The position numbers were made by a program, and so were the translations under genes. The notes under the pieces were generated by a model. The model worked only from the letters and a program-made list of their open reading frames with translations, searched no databases and had not been told where the DNA came from. 64,000 nt of DNA from Ascidiella aspersa. Its lineage: Eukaryota. Numbering within the stretch: the stretch's first letter is position 1; every line of letters begins with the position of its first letter. Location: positions 14,508,001 to 14,572,000 of the forward strand of contig OZ004610.1 of NCBI GenBank assembly GCA_963924565.1, given 5' to 3'. Below, one piece after another: positions 11,850 to 23,513 of this stretch.

Positions 11850-14800
11850 ATGAGGATTTTAGTTCTGTTTACCGTATTTGTTGTGTTATGTGTAATATGC
11901 ACTGCTGCACAAAATCGTAAGTATTTTTTATACCGTATACATGTAAACGGATGTTTATGCACTGGTGCTTTAACGTTTTGTGCAAACATCATTATATTGA
12001 TTTTATGCTTACTTTTTCTGTGCGCTTATGTCGCCTCTTTGACAGTCGCCTCTTTTACAAACTGGGCAGGTAAATATTCCCAATTTTTTGTCTAATTTAA
12101 CTACACAAACGTAAACAAATTTTGCGCTTCGGGCGAATCTTAGTTATACAATGTATGTTTGCGTTTCGAGGAAATCTTTGTAGCCTATAGGCGCCGTACA
12201 TACCTGGAACTAATCGCAAAGTTTCACTAACTTATGTGAATACGTTTATGTTTGTGCTTCGCACTAGTTCATTGCGTCTTATAAATATGGACATAATACC
12301 GAGAGTCTAACGGAACTGTTTAAATTATAACCTGAATTAACAATTAAATTTATCGCGTTTTCCTAGAGTATTTTTATTTACACCTTTTCATTGTGATAAT
12401 TGATGACACTATGCTGACTCGAATTTTAATCCAAACAAACGTATTTCTTTTTTTATATTTGTTTAGTAACTTCGTCCAACTGTCCGGTACCCAATGGAAT
12501 TGGAACTTGTGGACAATGTGTTCGTTGTTCCGAGGGGCGCATATGCTGCCCGAATGGGTGCGGCTCAAGTTGTGTTAATATTCCTTCAGGGCCAAAGGGT
12601 ACGTTTGCAAATGGCAACGTGATAAAAAAAATATAAGTTTTGTAAGATGTCGATAATTATTATTATCCTACAATATAAAGTATAATTAAATAATATTTAG
12701 GATTCATAATGTATTTTTAAGGATTCGATGTTTTCTTGTGACAGGTGACTGCCCGGAAAGCAAACCATTCGTTTATTGCATGGTCGACCCGTGTGTGGCA
12801 AAAAGGTGCCCGGCTTTTCCGAATGCCACTTGCGTCGCCCATCAGTGCGGTGGTTGCAAGGCCAACTATACATGCAACGGGAAAGCGTTGTCTGAAGAAG
12901 AATGCGAAGCCATTGAAGGTAATAAAACTAATGTAACCTACTCTAGGTGCCAGCTAAAAAGCAAACACATAGATACCTGGGCTACTTAATTTCGCCATAA
13001 AATGTCTGTTTAATTTAAACGAACTAATTTTAGGAATGCGTCATTGTACTCGTTCAACCCAATTTAATTAAAACTGTTAAGAAATTCAAAAAGGATACTG
13101 AAACATTTTTATCTTAGATAAAATTTATTCGGTCGTTGTTTCTATCCACTTCCTAAATAACCCCACGTGTACTTTTCTAAATAACGCCTGCAAGGCACAA
13201 ATCTAGGATTTTTTGGGGGGTCCATAAAACTCTTGTAAAGAAGACGACAGTAGGTTACGTCAAAACGTGACGTTACAATAAACAAATCGTTTATTTTGTT
13301 AAGGTTTTGGGTTTGAGAAGGATTCAACTTTCTATACAAAACCCGATTACAAAGATGTTAAATTCGTCCAACGAAAAATAATGTGTTTGCCATGTGATAT
13401 GCCAAAAATTTCATTTTGGAGAGTGATGCGGTTAGACAGCGTTTCTCTACCAGTGGGCCATGGCTCACTGGTGGGCCATAAGAACATTTGAGGTGGGCCA
13501 CAGACCAATTTAAAAAGCTAGATTTAGTTTCATTTGTGTAATTTTATTTAATTTTACAGGAATAATGGCTTGGGGAGGAATTAAAAAGGAATGTAAATTT
13601 ATTGTTCAGCCGCAAGTATCTTACTAATGCCCGGTTGAATAAATAATCGGTTTTGAAATATGTTCTGCTGTGTTTTGTCCTAAACCTATTTTAAGGCTTT
13701 TTCTTTCATAAAAATTCTATTGGGCCACAGAATTATTTTGCAACGTAAATGGACCACGAAAGAAAAAAGGTTGAGAACCACTGTGTTAGACCTACGACGC
13801 CTTTGGTATGACATTTATCAAATTGGTGTAAAAAAAACTAGAAACCTGAATGACATTCTAACAACCTGACTGAAAAATTGAAGGTTTTATGTAGGTAAAA
13901 TAGGCGAAAAATATATTTTTGAGGGGGGCATGCTGGCATGGCCACGTGTCCCCTGGCACCCCAACACGCCTGCTCAGGAAATATACTTAAATATAGAAAC
14001 ACGATGTTCGCCGCTTGTGGACTCAGCAACAAAAGTGTCATTCCATTACGATTGTTCTACCAAGTGGGACGTGGGGTCAGTCTGCACTATTTCTTGCCCT
14101 CCAGGAACTGAATTGATCGGCGAGACGACTGTTACTTGCGAGAAAGACCGGCAGTGGAGTGTCAGTCTGGACAACACGAGATGTCAAAGTATGTGTTCTA
14201 TTGTCTCAGAGGCGTAGCCAGGGGCGGCCTGAGCCCCCCATATTTTACTCTTAATCATTTTATGAGCAGTACCACAAAAGTCGATCACAGGCTTGCCACA
14301 CCTTCAATTGTCACGCATTGTTACGTCACAAACGATGTAGTTAATATAACGTTTGCAATACAATAATCTAGTTTTACTACTTCATTCAATTTTTGCTCTT
14401 GAATGGTTTTTGTGTATTACGTTAACACTAAGTCAGTTGCTGCTCGAAACGGTTTGCTAGCATTGTTATTTGTGTTCGTTACGGCAATTAATACAATGAC
14501 AAAAGCTAAACAAAAAATTCCAACTTTTTGCCCCCCCCCCCAAAAAAAATCGGCTGGCTACGCCATTGTATTGTCTGTGTTCCGTGTGTTGATAGGCGTG
14601 AAGCGAAAATGTCCAAAACTGGAAATGTGATTTGAGTTAGCCAATCAAAAAATCCTTAACGATTGGAGACGGAAACTGTTTTACAGTTGCCATTTAAGTG
14701 TATCGCGGTTTTGAATATATCTTTTAAAGTGGCAAATTAGAATCGTTTAAGTAGGAGAGGTATACGCAGGGTTACCATTAAGGTCGATAGGCACGGTGAC

Positions 14801-15540
14801 AACAATAACTGAAGCTAAACACGGTGGAACATTTAAACTGGTGATATTGGATAGTTACTTAACATAAGCTACTTACGTTTGTTACGTTATACCAGTGATT
14901 TTCAACCGGTGTTCCAGGGAACATTAGTCAATTTCACAGAATATTTGAACAAATCTAATTGAATCGTTTTATGTTAAACGCCCCACTATTCTCTTTTAGC
15001 GGTTTCCGACGGTCCGTGTCCTCCTGGAATTCCACTTTTCCGATGCAAAATCAGCCCCTGCTATTACGCCAAGTGTCCTGCATTCCCAGATGCCGAGTGC
15101 CGGCCGGATTACTGCAACGGATGTAACTTTAACTTCTACCTCGGCAAAACAAAGCTTTCCCGTCGACAATGTATTGTTCCAGGTAAAAGCAAGATTTATT
15201 TATTAAAAGAAACGCCAATATTAAATTACAGTTTTTAAAATCGTTTTTAGTGTTTCAAACTATCAGAATTTAGTTTTCGTCATAAAATGTTAGGTTTCGT
15301 TATTAATATTTACTGGCGTGATAAAAAAAATGATGTATTTTAACGGATTTAAAGTCGAAGTATTGTCATGCGGACTGCAAATCGTTAATGTCGACATTTA
15401 TTTCAGATAAGCCGATTTGCGAATTCTTGTGTAATCTATACCGATGTCCGAGAAATCCCGAAGCGCTATGCAAGACTGACTGCTACTGTCGCACAACCTT
15501 CTACGACCCCGTCACATTGGATCGCGTGTCGTGCTTTTAA
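11850..15540 (+). CDS. Secreted cysteine-rich modular protein, ~293 aa: signal peptide, WAP, Cys repeat, sushi/CCP, Cys repeat, shorter Cys repeat
   Basis: Exons 11850-11916, 12467-12598, 12745-12918, 13997-14188, 15000-15182, 15407-15540 are all GT-AG with phase-1 introns and give 882 nt open to TAA. Exon 1 is a hydrophobic signal peptide. Exon 2 CP..GTC..C..C....CCPNGCG..C is a WAP four-disulfide core. Exon 4 C...CPPG..LIG....TC.....W......C is a sushi domain. A TATA-like tatatata lies at ~11783. Confidence 0.88.
13437..13783. mobile_element. hAT (Charlie/Buster-type) MITE in intron 3 of the WAP/sushi gene
   Basis: Termini are CAGCGTTTCTCTACC ... GGTTGAGAACCACTG with internal gtgggcca repeats. 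The flanks are a near-perfect (g/t)GTTAGAC duplication. Confidence 0.8.
14207..14568. mobile_element. hAT-type MITE, 362 bp, in intron 4 of the WAP/sushi gene
   Basis: Termini are CAGAGGCGTAGCCAG ... CTGGCTACGCCATTG. A perfect 8-bp TSD TATTGTCT sits at 14199-14206 and 14569-14576. Confidence 0.92.
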
Positions 15541-17099
15541 TCATTACAGGCACTCTCCGCAACCTTTTTACTCATGCGTCAAATTTACAGAAATTCTAGA
15601 GTCCCGTTAAAAACACCTACAAGTACCAAGCATATGGTTACCACTCAATTGTTTGCCTTTCAAATAAGTTAACCTATAGGCTTTTACTCATCTAATACGC
15701 CATGCTTGTCAGTGATGTACAACTGTTTCTTTTTTTTTATTTTAAATTTGTATTGTTTATCTGAAATAACTTGTCACTGATGTTTTTCATTTTTAGACTT
15801 TTACATATAGGACGTATAGTATGTTTTTGTAACCTAAAACTTTTGTACGTCAATTAGTATAAGTTATTCGTATTATATTTGCTGTGAAAAATACCTCTTC
15901 GTTTTTTTATAATGCCAAAAAGCAAGAAGTTCACAATATACCTAATTGTGAAACAAGTGAAAGTAACGCTTGCCTGAAGAAGTTATGTATGTAGACTAGG
16001 TCCCATCCCGAATTGCTTCACGTAGTTCTCTTTCTTCATTTCTACGTTCGTTCAATGATGACGTATAACAGGTTTAGTAATAATAATCTAAATTATAGTG
16101 AAACTTGAAAAAAAAAAACTTGTTGTCAACACTGATTGTGAGTAAGTGTTTTTCAACGTTGGCTATTATAACGCCATCTTATATAAGTTTTGAGAAGTTT
16201 CATACGGCGGTAGGGCGTACGAGCGGCAGTTAGCAGCCTTAAATTTAATAATCTAGGCTTGCTGAAGCGAGAAATGGTCAGAAAATTAACGTAAAACGCG
16301 ACGAAAGACGAAAACGCAAAAAGCGATTAACGCTGTATGCGCTTATTAAACACCACAAACAATGTTTAGTACGACGTGGTAATAGTAATCAGTCTATTAT
16401 TGATCCGATGTTTTACCGCGCTTTTATACAAGCATCACAGTTTAAAAAAAATCCAACCGACGCATATTCAATTAATCTGTTTTATCTCAATGTCCTCGTA
16501 AAAGCAATACGAAAGTCCATATTTTTGACTATAAAATTTACTAGGGTACTTGGGGTCTGAACGTCTCCATTACGGTTGGGCACCTGTGTTCGAGCTCTGT
16601 TGTATTTTGCACCTCCTTTATCAGTATTGTGGCCTTACCCTGCACTGCCTGTCAACCTGCCTCGTAATCGAGAAACGCTGCCTTTTTTGTGGTAGCATAT
16701 TTTGGAGCAAAAGCCAAGGCACAATGTTCATAAATTAACTACATTATATCAATATACTTTAAAGAAGGATTTTTTCGGTAACCATGTGATTTGTTGTAGT
16801 GGATTTTAAAAGTAGGCCAGCGGGTTTGTCATATGTTGCAGCTTAAGATATCAAAAATATTTGGACACTGTTTTGTTTTATTTTCGTAACGTCCATTAAA
16901 AATGACGTAGTAGATATTCAACTTTTTAGGCGTATTTCAGTTTTTTGTTATAGACCACTGATGTGTATCTTTGGCAGTGTAGGTTTTCTATTTGGCAAGG
17001 TACAAAACGAAAACATTTAGGAATTCTTTAGCAAAATACATCGAAATGTTGTGACACTGCAATCAAGCACGAGCAACTTATTTGTTTTATATCTCAGTT

Positions 17100-18123
17100 A
17101 ATTTAGACGGACGGAACGGTCATTGGGGGGGGGTCAAGGCCATAACTCTTTAGCTAGGCCGTAATATTGCAAAACCCAACTACCGAAGTGTCATTATTTA
17201 TAAAAAAAAATCAGTTATTAAAATTAGTGATTTTAATTATGATTATAAACCTTTCTTCTAATGTATTGTAACTTATTATTGCGACACGTTCTTCGATTTA
17301 CTCGCCAGTAGGAGTGTTAAATTTTTGTATCCCTTTAAATCGTTTTATCGCGAAAAGCTCACACCTATATACGCGAGTGGCAAGTTCGGATAAACGCCTG
17401 CCGCTGTGGGGGCGCGATCTCTAAATTAATATTTAAGTATTTTCGATGATTATAATGGTTTCATTTGGGTTGTACACCATTTCTACAAGGCTGTACAAAC
17501 TCTGTTTCAGCCAATTTTAAGATTGAACCCTGGAAAAAAAATTTTGCGCGAAACTTGTGCGTTCTCCTTTTGTTGACTACGTTTTAGCTCAAAGTCTCTT
17601 TGAGTGCCTTTGCATTTTTTCATATCATCGAAGGTATAACGGCCCTATTAAATTGCAATTTTGCTAACTTATTGATAAACGATAAAAGCCATCCCCCGTT
17701 CAAACTAATTTTTATCCATATTTTATATATGATAACAGTCTAGCAACAGGGAGACTCCCAACTTTTCTGCGCGAATCTATAATTTTTTTGCAATATTGCC
17801 GTTGTATTTTGTGTCGTCACATCGTTTGAAACGCGATAACGCAATGTTTAATTTTTGCGCTTGGCATTTTTATTTGCGCTCGACAAAAAAGCCTTACAAC
17901 TGTGGAGTAAATGCCCTCACAACACGTTGGTCAATATCAGCTCGATAAACTAATTAAACTCAATTTTTTTTCGCACTTCGCGCGACCGACAACAGACTTC
18001 ACTATTTTTAAGCTGTCCCAGTGATATTTAATTAAAAATGCTGAATTGCTTTTCGTAGGGGGGCGCAAGTCATAGGAAAATTACCAAAGGGGAGCGCGGC
18101 TGAAAAAAGGTTAAGAACCACTG
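17100..18123. mobile_element. Degenerate hAT/Charlie-type non-autonomous element; left boundary uncertain
   Basis: The right terminus ...aaaaaaggttaagaaccactg resembles the end at 13769-13783, and gggggcgc subterminal motifs are present. The left end has decayed. Confidence 0.5.
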
Positions 18124-18538
18124 GTGTAAAGTTTTGATAGCACAAACGCTCAAGCAATTCTCTGTGTTAAGATCGTGCTGTAAATTTTTAAATTGCGCAC
18201 TGGGCAATTGTTGAAGTGAACCATGACTTTGAAATTGTGCTGAAGGCGATAAAAGCTTATAATTTTAACGAACTCGAGTTTCTTTCTGGCAAACCATTGG
18301 ACCGTATCTTTTTCGTTCTGGAGCTTGTGACCGCAATTTTTAATCCCATTAACGTAACAAGGGTTTGGTTAGTCGACCGTTACTTCAACTTTTTATACCC
18401 TTAGATTCTTAGAAACTGTTTTAAATTTTTAAACCTTTTTAATAAGCAAAGCACTGTAAGTAAGAAAAAATTGATTTGTTGGTTAGTAAAATGATTATAG
18501 GTCCACATTTGTTCTCGAAAAAAAAAAAAAAAAAAAAA

Positions 18539-19241
18539 CTTGAGAAGCTCACCGCTCCGAACAAAAATCAGTCAGCAAGGTCTAAAACTTAAATACAAAT
18601 ATGCATTTCGCCATATAAATGGCATCATCAGTTTGTCTGTACAAATAAATAGTAAAAAATTAAAATATTAAAATGTAAAATAAATTTATAAAATACATCT
18701 AAGATGAACAAAGACAAAGACAGTCTGCGTATAAACCCCAACCACTACTGTAAAAACAAAAGCAAAAGGAGCATGCGATACGTGTAGCGGCCGCAGAAAA
18801 GCCACTGATAAAAACACGGCCCAGAGGGAAGCGGTATGAGAATCAGTGACGTAGCAAAACACGGTAGATAAGAAAAGGTGGAAAGGCAGAAGCAAACCTA
18901 AAACAACAGTTAAACAAGAAAACGGATATGGCTCCCATTCCGAAAATGGAACGGCACAACGCAAAACGAAAACACAAATCCGCAAAGATATATATAAAAA
19001 TTATATATAAAAAAAAATACGCAGACAGTCTTTTATCTTTTATACGCAGACTGTCTTTGTCTTTGTTCATCTTGGATGTATTTTATAAATTTATTTTACA
19101 TTTACATTTTAATATTTTAATTTTTTACTATTTATTTGTACAGACAAACTGATGATGCCATTTATATGGCGAAATGCATATTTGTATTAAAGTTTTAGAC
19201 CTTGCTGACTGATTTTTGTTCGGAGCGGTGCGCTTCTCAAG
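18539..19241. mobile_element. Foldback/MITE-like element with ~200-bp inverted arms
   Basis: 18539-18735 is the reverse complement of 19039-19241 apart from about 3 substitutions and one 6-nt indel. The ~300-bp spacer is A-rich and non-coding, and an A21 run abuts the left end. Confidence 0.9.
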
Positions 19242-20674
19242 CTTTTATTAATAAATTTTAGAACTTTTACCGTCGGCATTATGTGTTCTGTTGGAGGGCC
19301 AGATTCTGTTGTTAATACACATACAAAGCACATTTGTTCTCATTACGATTTTACATTGGCCAGCCATCAGTGCCTTCCTGGCACAATAAAATAAATACAA
19401 CATAGGTTAGGATAAAAACAAAACATAGTTTGTTACAGATGTGACATACACTAATAGTGACCTAGACTGTATAACCTTCGTATACTGTTTGTCAGTGGTA
19501 TATACTGTAGTGACACGTGACTTTACATTGTTATTTATCACGAGAATTCCTTGTATCGCTGTTATCACTGTTAAATGTTTCGTCATGGAAAAATACGGTA
19601 AAACAACCATTGCAGAATTTAGCAAGATTTTGCAAATTAGGCTAAACACCAATTTTCACTGAGTCAGGCCTCGCCGGCTCTACGCACATCCGTTGGATGA
19701 TAAATAACATATGTTTAAAGCGCCCATTCTGTAAACATTGCCTACATTTCGTGATGGCGTGATATGTACATTGTTGCCATTTGTATAAAGCCAGCACTAT
19801 GTTGCAATCGCATTTTTTGACGTAGAAATTGTATATTCGCGACAGAGAAAAGTGGAGAGAAAGGTGCAGGGAAACGCCCAATTATCACGTGATGCCTACG
19901 TATTATATAGTAACAAATAACTATTTTATTGCGTATGTACGTCTTGCCTTCTTTATGCAGATCTCTTTTTAAACCTTTATAAGCATGAGCGTTAGATGAT
20001 TTGAAATGATAATAACAAGAATAAAGTCTTGTCTGTTAAACAGGAACCAGAAGACGAGTGGTCGTTTGTTAGAAACAGAGACAATCAACAATTCTATTTT
20101 GATTAAGTTTCTACCTTGAACAAGTAAAGTTAATTCACGAGACAAAATGAGGCTCATAATTAACCGCTTGCTTCAATACAAGCTTAGGTCCGGTATTTTT
20201 TGGGGGGACAGTAAACCCTGGTAAAGAGCACTGGTTTGGAGCATGGTGTCATAGTTAACTTTTTGTCCTAAATCTTTAGGATTGCGGTTACTTAACTTAA
20301 ATACATTTTTTGTATTAACAAATTTATGCTTGGTAAATAAAAATTACCTGTTTTAACATACATTTAGTTTTTTATTTTTTTTTTTATTTGTTGTTTCCGT
20401 CTGGTGACGTGCACAAATTTGCAATTCTGATTTGGTATAAATGTATTCGGTGGGATAGCGAAAAAATTGCGCGAATCGAGTTAATTATGTTAAAACAGGG
20501 TGATCCAAACCCAGGCCACATGTGGCCCGCGACATCATTGTTCGTGGCCCGCTAAGCACTGTTGAATATTGCAATGCAATACAGTTGAGGGTTTAATCGA
20601 GAAATAAAAGTGACCTACGATCAGCAAACATAGTGCAATTGTTTCGTTATTGTTACATTTTTCGGGTTACATTA

Positions 20675-22307
20675 CACTGGCCAACAGCAAAACTGAGATG
20701 TGACAGATTGCTTCCTAATGTGTTTTTGGCGCAGATTCTAAAGATGGCCTTATTGTTTTTCTAGCACATCAGGTTACATTTTAATTTTTTCAATGTATTG
20801 CTGTATAATTAATATTGGCAAATTGCGCACTGTGACATAATCCAACTATAATATGACTCACACACCATTTTATTTTTTACTGATATCTCAAAAAAAATAG
20901 TAATAGAAAGGATGTTTAATCAACGATTTTTGTAATTAAGTAGTTAATTTCAATCCGAAAACATGCCGCGGTTTTACGGAAGCTAGAGACCGCGTCTGTC
21001 TTTTTGTTATATGGTATTCACATACCCACCTTGCTTAATTAGGCCGATTAAACAATTTTTGCCAAAATTATTTGTTTTTATTCATTTTAAAAGCCTAATA
21101 AATTACTTTATCTTTGTATTGCCGTGTGCAGACGACTTTTAGCTGTCAATATAACCTCGGCAACTACTTTTGAAACCAACCGACCGTGAAATTTAAGTTA
21201 TAAAACATCGCTGTAGCGAAAATGCATCACGAATCACGAAACTGATCCAGGATCAGTTGATCCGAGTTTGTGGAATAAACCCAGCTCAGGATTGTAAATC
21301 TCGGATCAATTGATCCAGGATCATGGATCAATCCTGATCCGAGTTTATGAATTCGACCCTAAATGAAATTAAGAAGAAAAAACAAAAGTTCAAAACCAAT
21401 TCTGTTTTCCAGACAGATTTAAACAGCCTTACTGTAGATGCGTGATTTTTCAAAAGAAAAGTCAGAACTGCTTGTATTAGGATTAAAATAAAACCACTTG
21501 CTTGAGATTGATGTAGTATAAAGACATAGCGGAAATTAAACTTGGACAACCTACAGTAGATTTGCTACAAACAGCCGTTTTACCTATAAGAAAACAACAG
21601 CCGTGTTAGCCATAAGGGAACCGTAAGTGGCTGACATCACAAACGTTACGCCTCTTAAAAAATGTTCTTGCTCGAGGAATAGAAAAATGAAGTTCTATGT
21701 TTAGCATTTCTCTACAAAAAGTTTTCGCCACTCAACTACGCAAAACGAAAGGAATCTTGATGGAACACAATATTATTAAAATTCCAAAGGATGCACATTG
21801 TCAAAAGGTGGAATTATGCGCTTGGCTGACATTTGGTGAATGTGTGCTAACTTTTAAAAAAATGCAAATTACATTTTCCCGTTCAGTGTTGATGATCTGT
21901 TTAGCTTAGCATATAGATGGGTTATGCATGTCACTCAAAGTGCAATTTTAGCACACAGGTGAAAGTTTTTCCAGAAAACCTTGGTTTAGTTATTGATGAA
22001 CGAAAACGACAATCACCAAGGATTTTAGAAGGGGGTAATAGTTGAAAATTTCATCATAGAAGTTCTATGGTGATAACTTGAGTTATGAGTATAACAAAGT
22101 TTTATGTCAGACGTTTTTACGGGCCATGTATCACAGCTGTGCGTGTTTTCAATGCGTTTTTAAGAAAATTTAAATTTGCCGATATTTTAAAAATCTGATG
22201 TGCTAGAGAAAATCTAAAGGTATATTCGAAATTAGCGCGAAAAATACATTTAAAATGAAATACTCACATTCTCGTTTAGAAAAAAAGTGAAAATTTGTTG
22301 ACCAGTG
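20675..22307. mobile_element. Chapaev3-like non-autonomous DNA transposon nested in the hAT element
   Basis: Termini are CACTGGCCAACA ... TGTTGACCAGTG with a 3-bp TTA duplication at 20672-20674 and 22308-22310. CAC...GTG ends with a TWA TSD are the described Chapaev3 signature. Confidence 0.7.
21242..21360. repeat. GATCC-rich subterminal repeat cluster, probably the end of a third (Harbinger-like) MITE
   Basis: Dense gatccaggatc and gatccgagttt repeats end in ...tttatgaattcgaccct. Only one end is visible. Confidence 0.4.
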
Positions 22308-23513
22308 TTATTAAATACACCAGTTTACTATTGTTCATCAAGCTATAGGATCTAGGGGTGGCAAGAAAGACTAATTGTTAATTTGTGCTACGGTGTGAAA
22401 GTCGCAATACGTACTAATTTATCTATATGGAACTTTCTAAAATGGCTGTTTTGCGAACATAAGTTGTATATGCGTTTTGTTTTCCGTCTTTTTAATATGA
22501 ACATAACATAAAAAGTACGACCCTATATAAACTACTATTTTGTCGAACGATAAAATATATCCCCCTTCATGAATGCATTGTTTTACAGGATTTCACTGTG
22601 ACTAAAGGTTAGCGCCCTGACCCTTTCCATGATGCAATTTCAGCCAACTACGCCTATAATGCAGTCTTCTGTTTTGTCAAATACGCATTTTTTTACGTTT
22701 CGCGCGCACAATTTTGCAAGTCTCATTATTACATTACTTTTGGACGAAGCTTTTTGTCGTTATGTTTAAGCATTTCATGCCCGACCAAACGAAAATCATT
22801 GATCCGCTTTATGTGGCCCGCAAAGAATATCAAAAAAATATTGGGGTACGCGATGCTGTCAACCTTGGACAACCCTGTGTTAAAAAAATTGAATATAACA
22901 CTAAACACCCAAAGATGATTCTCTCATTCGTTGATATATTATGGTAATAATCAATATTTTCGATAACAATTTGTAAAGGCAATTCTCCCTAAATCTGCAA
23001 TCAATCACATGTCAAATCGGTGCGAAAGTCGAAAGGCATAAAGCTCATTTTTATGGATTAGTTTAGAAAGTGCCACCGTATATGTATCGTGCATTTGGGC
23101 TAAAATAGTATTTAAATAGGCTAAAACATACCAAATAGCATAACTAAATTCGCGTAAAATATAGTAACGCACATATTTTACCGTTCTTCTTGTTAAATGC
23201 GCAGACCATACCGTTCCGTCCTATTTCTACCGCCCTATACCCGTATTGTTCACAATGAAATAGGTTCTGGTAAGTAAAAAGTAAGCTAAGTATGGTTGAT
23301 GAATGTGGGCCACAAGGCAAAACTGAATATTAAAAGTGGACCGAGACATAACATGGTTGAGAATATCTTATACTTTTGGAAGGACTATTGTGTTGTTTGG
23401 AAAAATATATCGTAGCCTACAATTCTTTTAAATTTAAAGTTATTATACTTTAATGTAAACAAATTTCAGAAATATAGGCCTACAGTCGTTTTTTTGCTAG
23501 AAAAAAAGTGAAA

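Larger units (their letters stand above)
20496..22877. mobile_element. hAT non-autonomous element enlarged by nested insertions
   Basis: Termini are CAGGGTGATCCAA ... TTGGACAACCCTG with gtggcccgc subterminal motifs at both ends. A perfect 8-bp TSD TGTTAAAA sits at 20488-20495 and 22878-22885. Confidence 0.9.
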
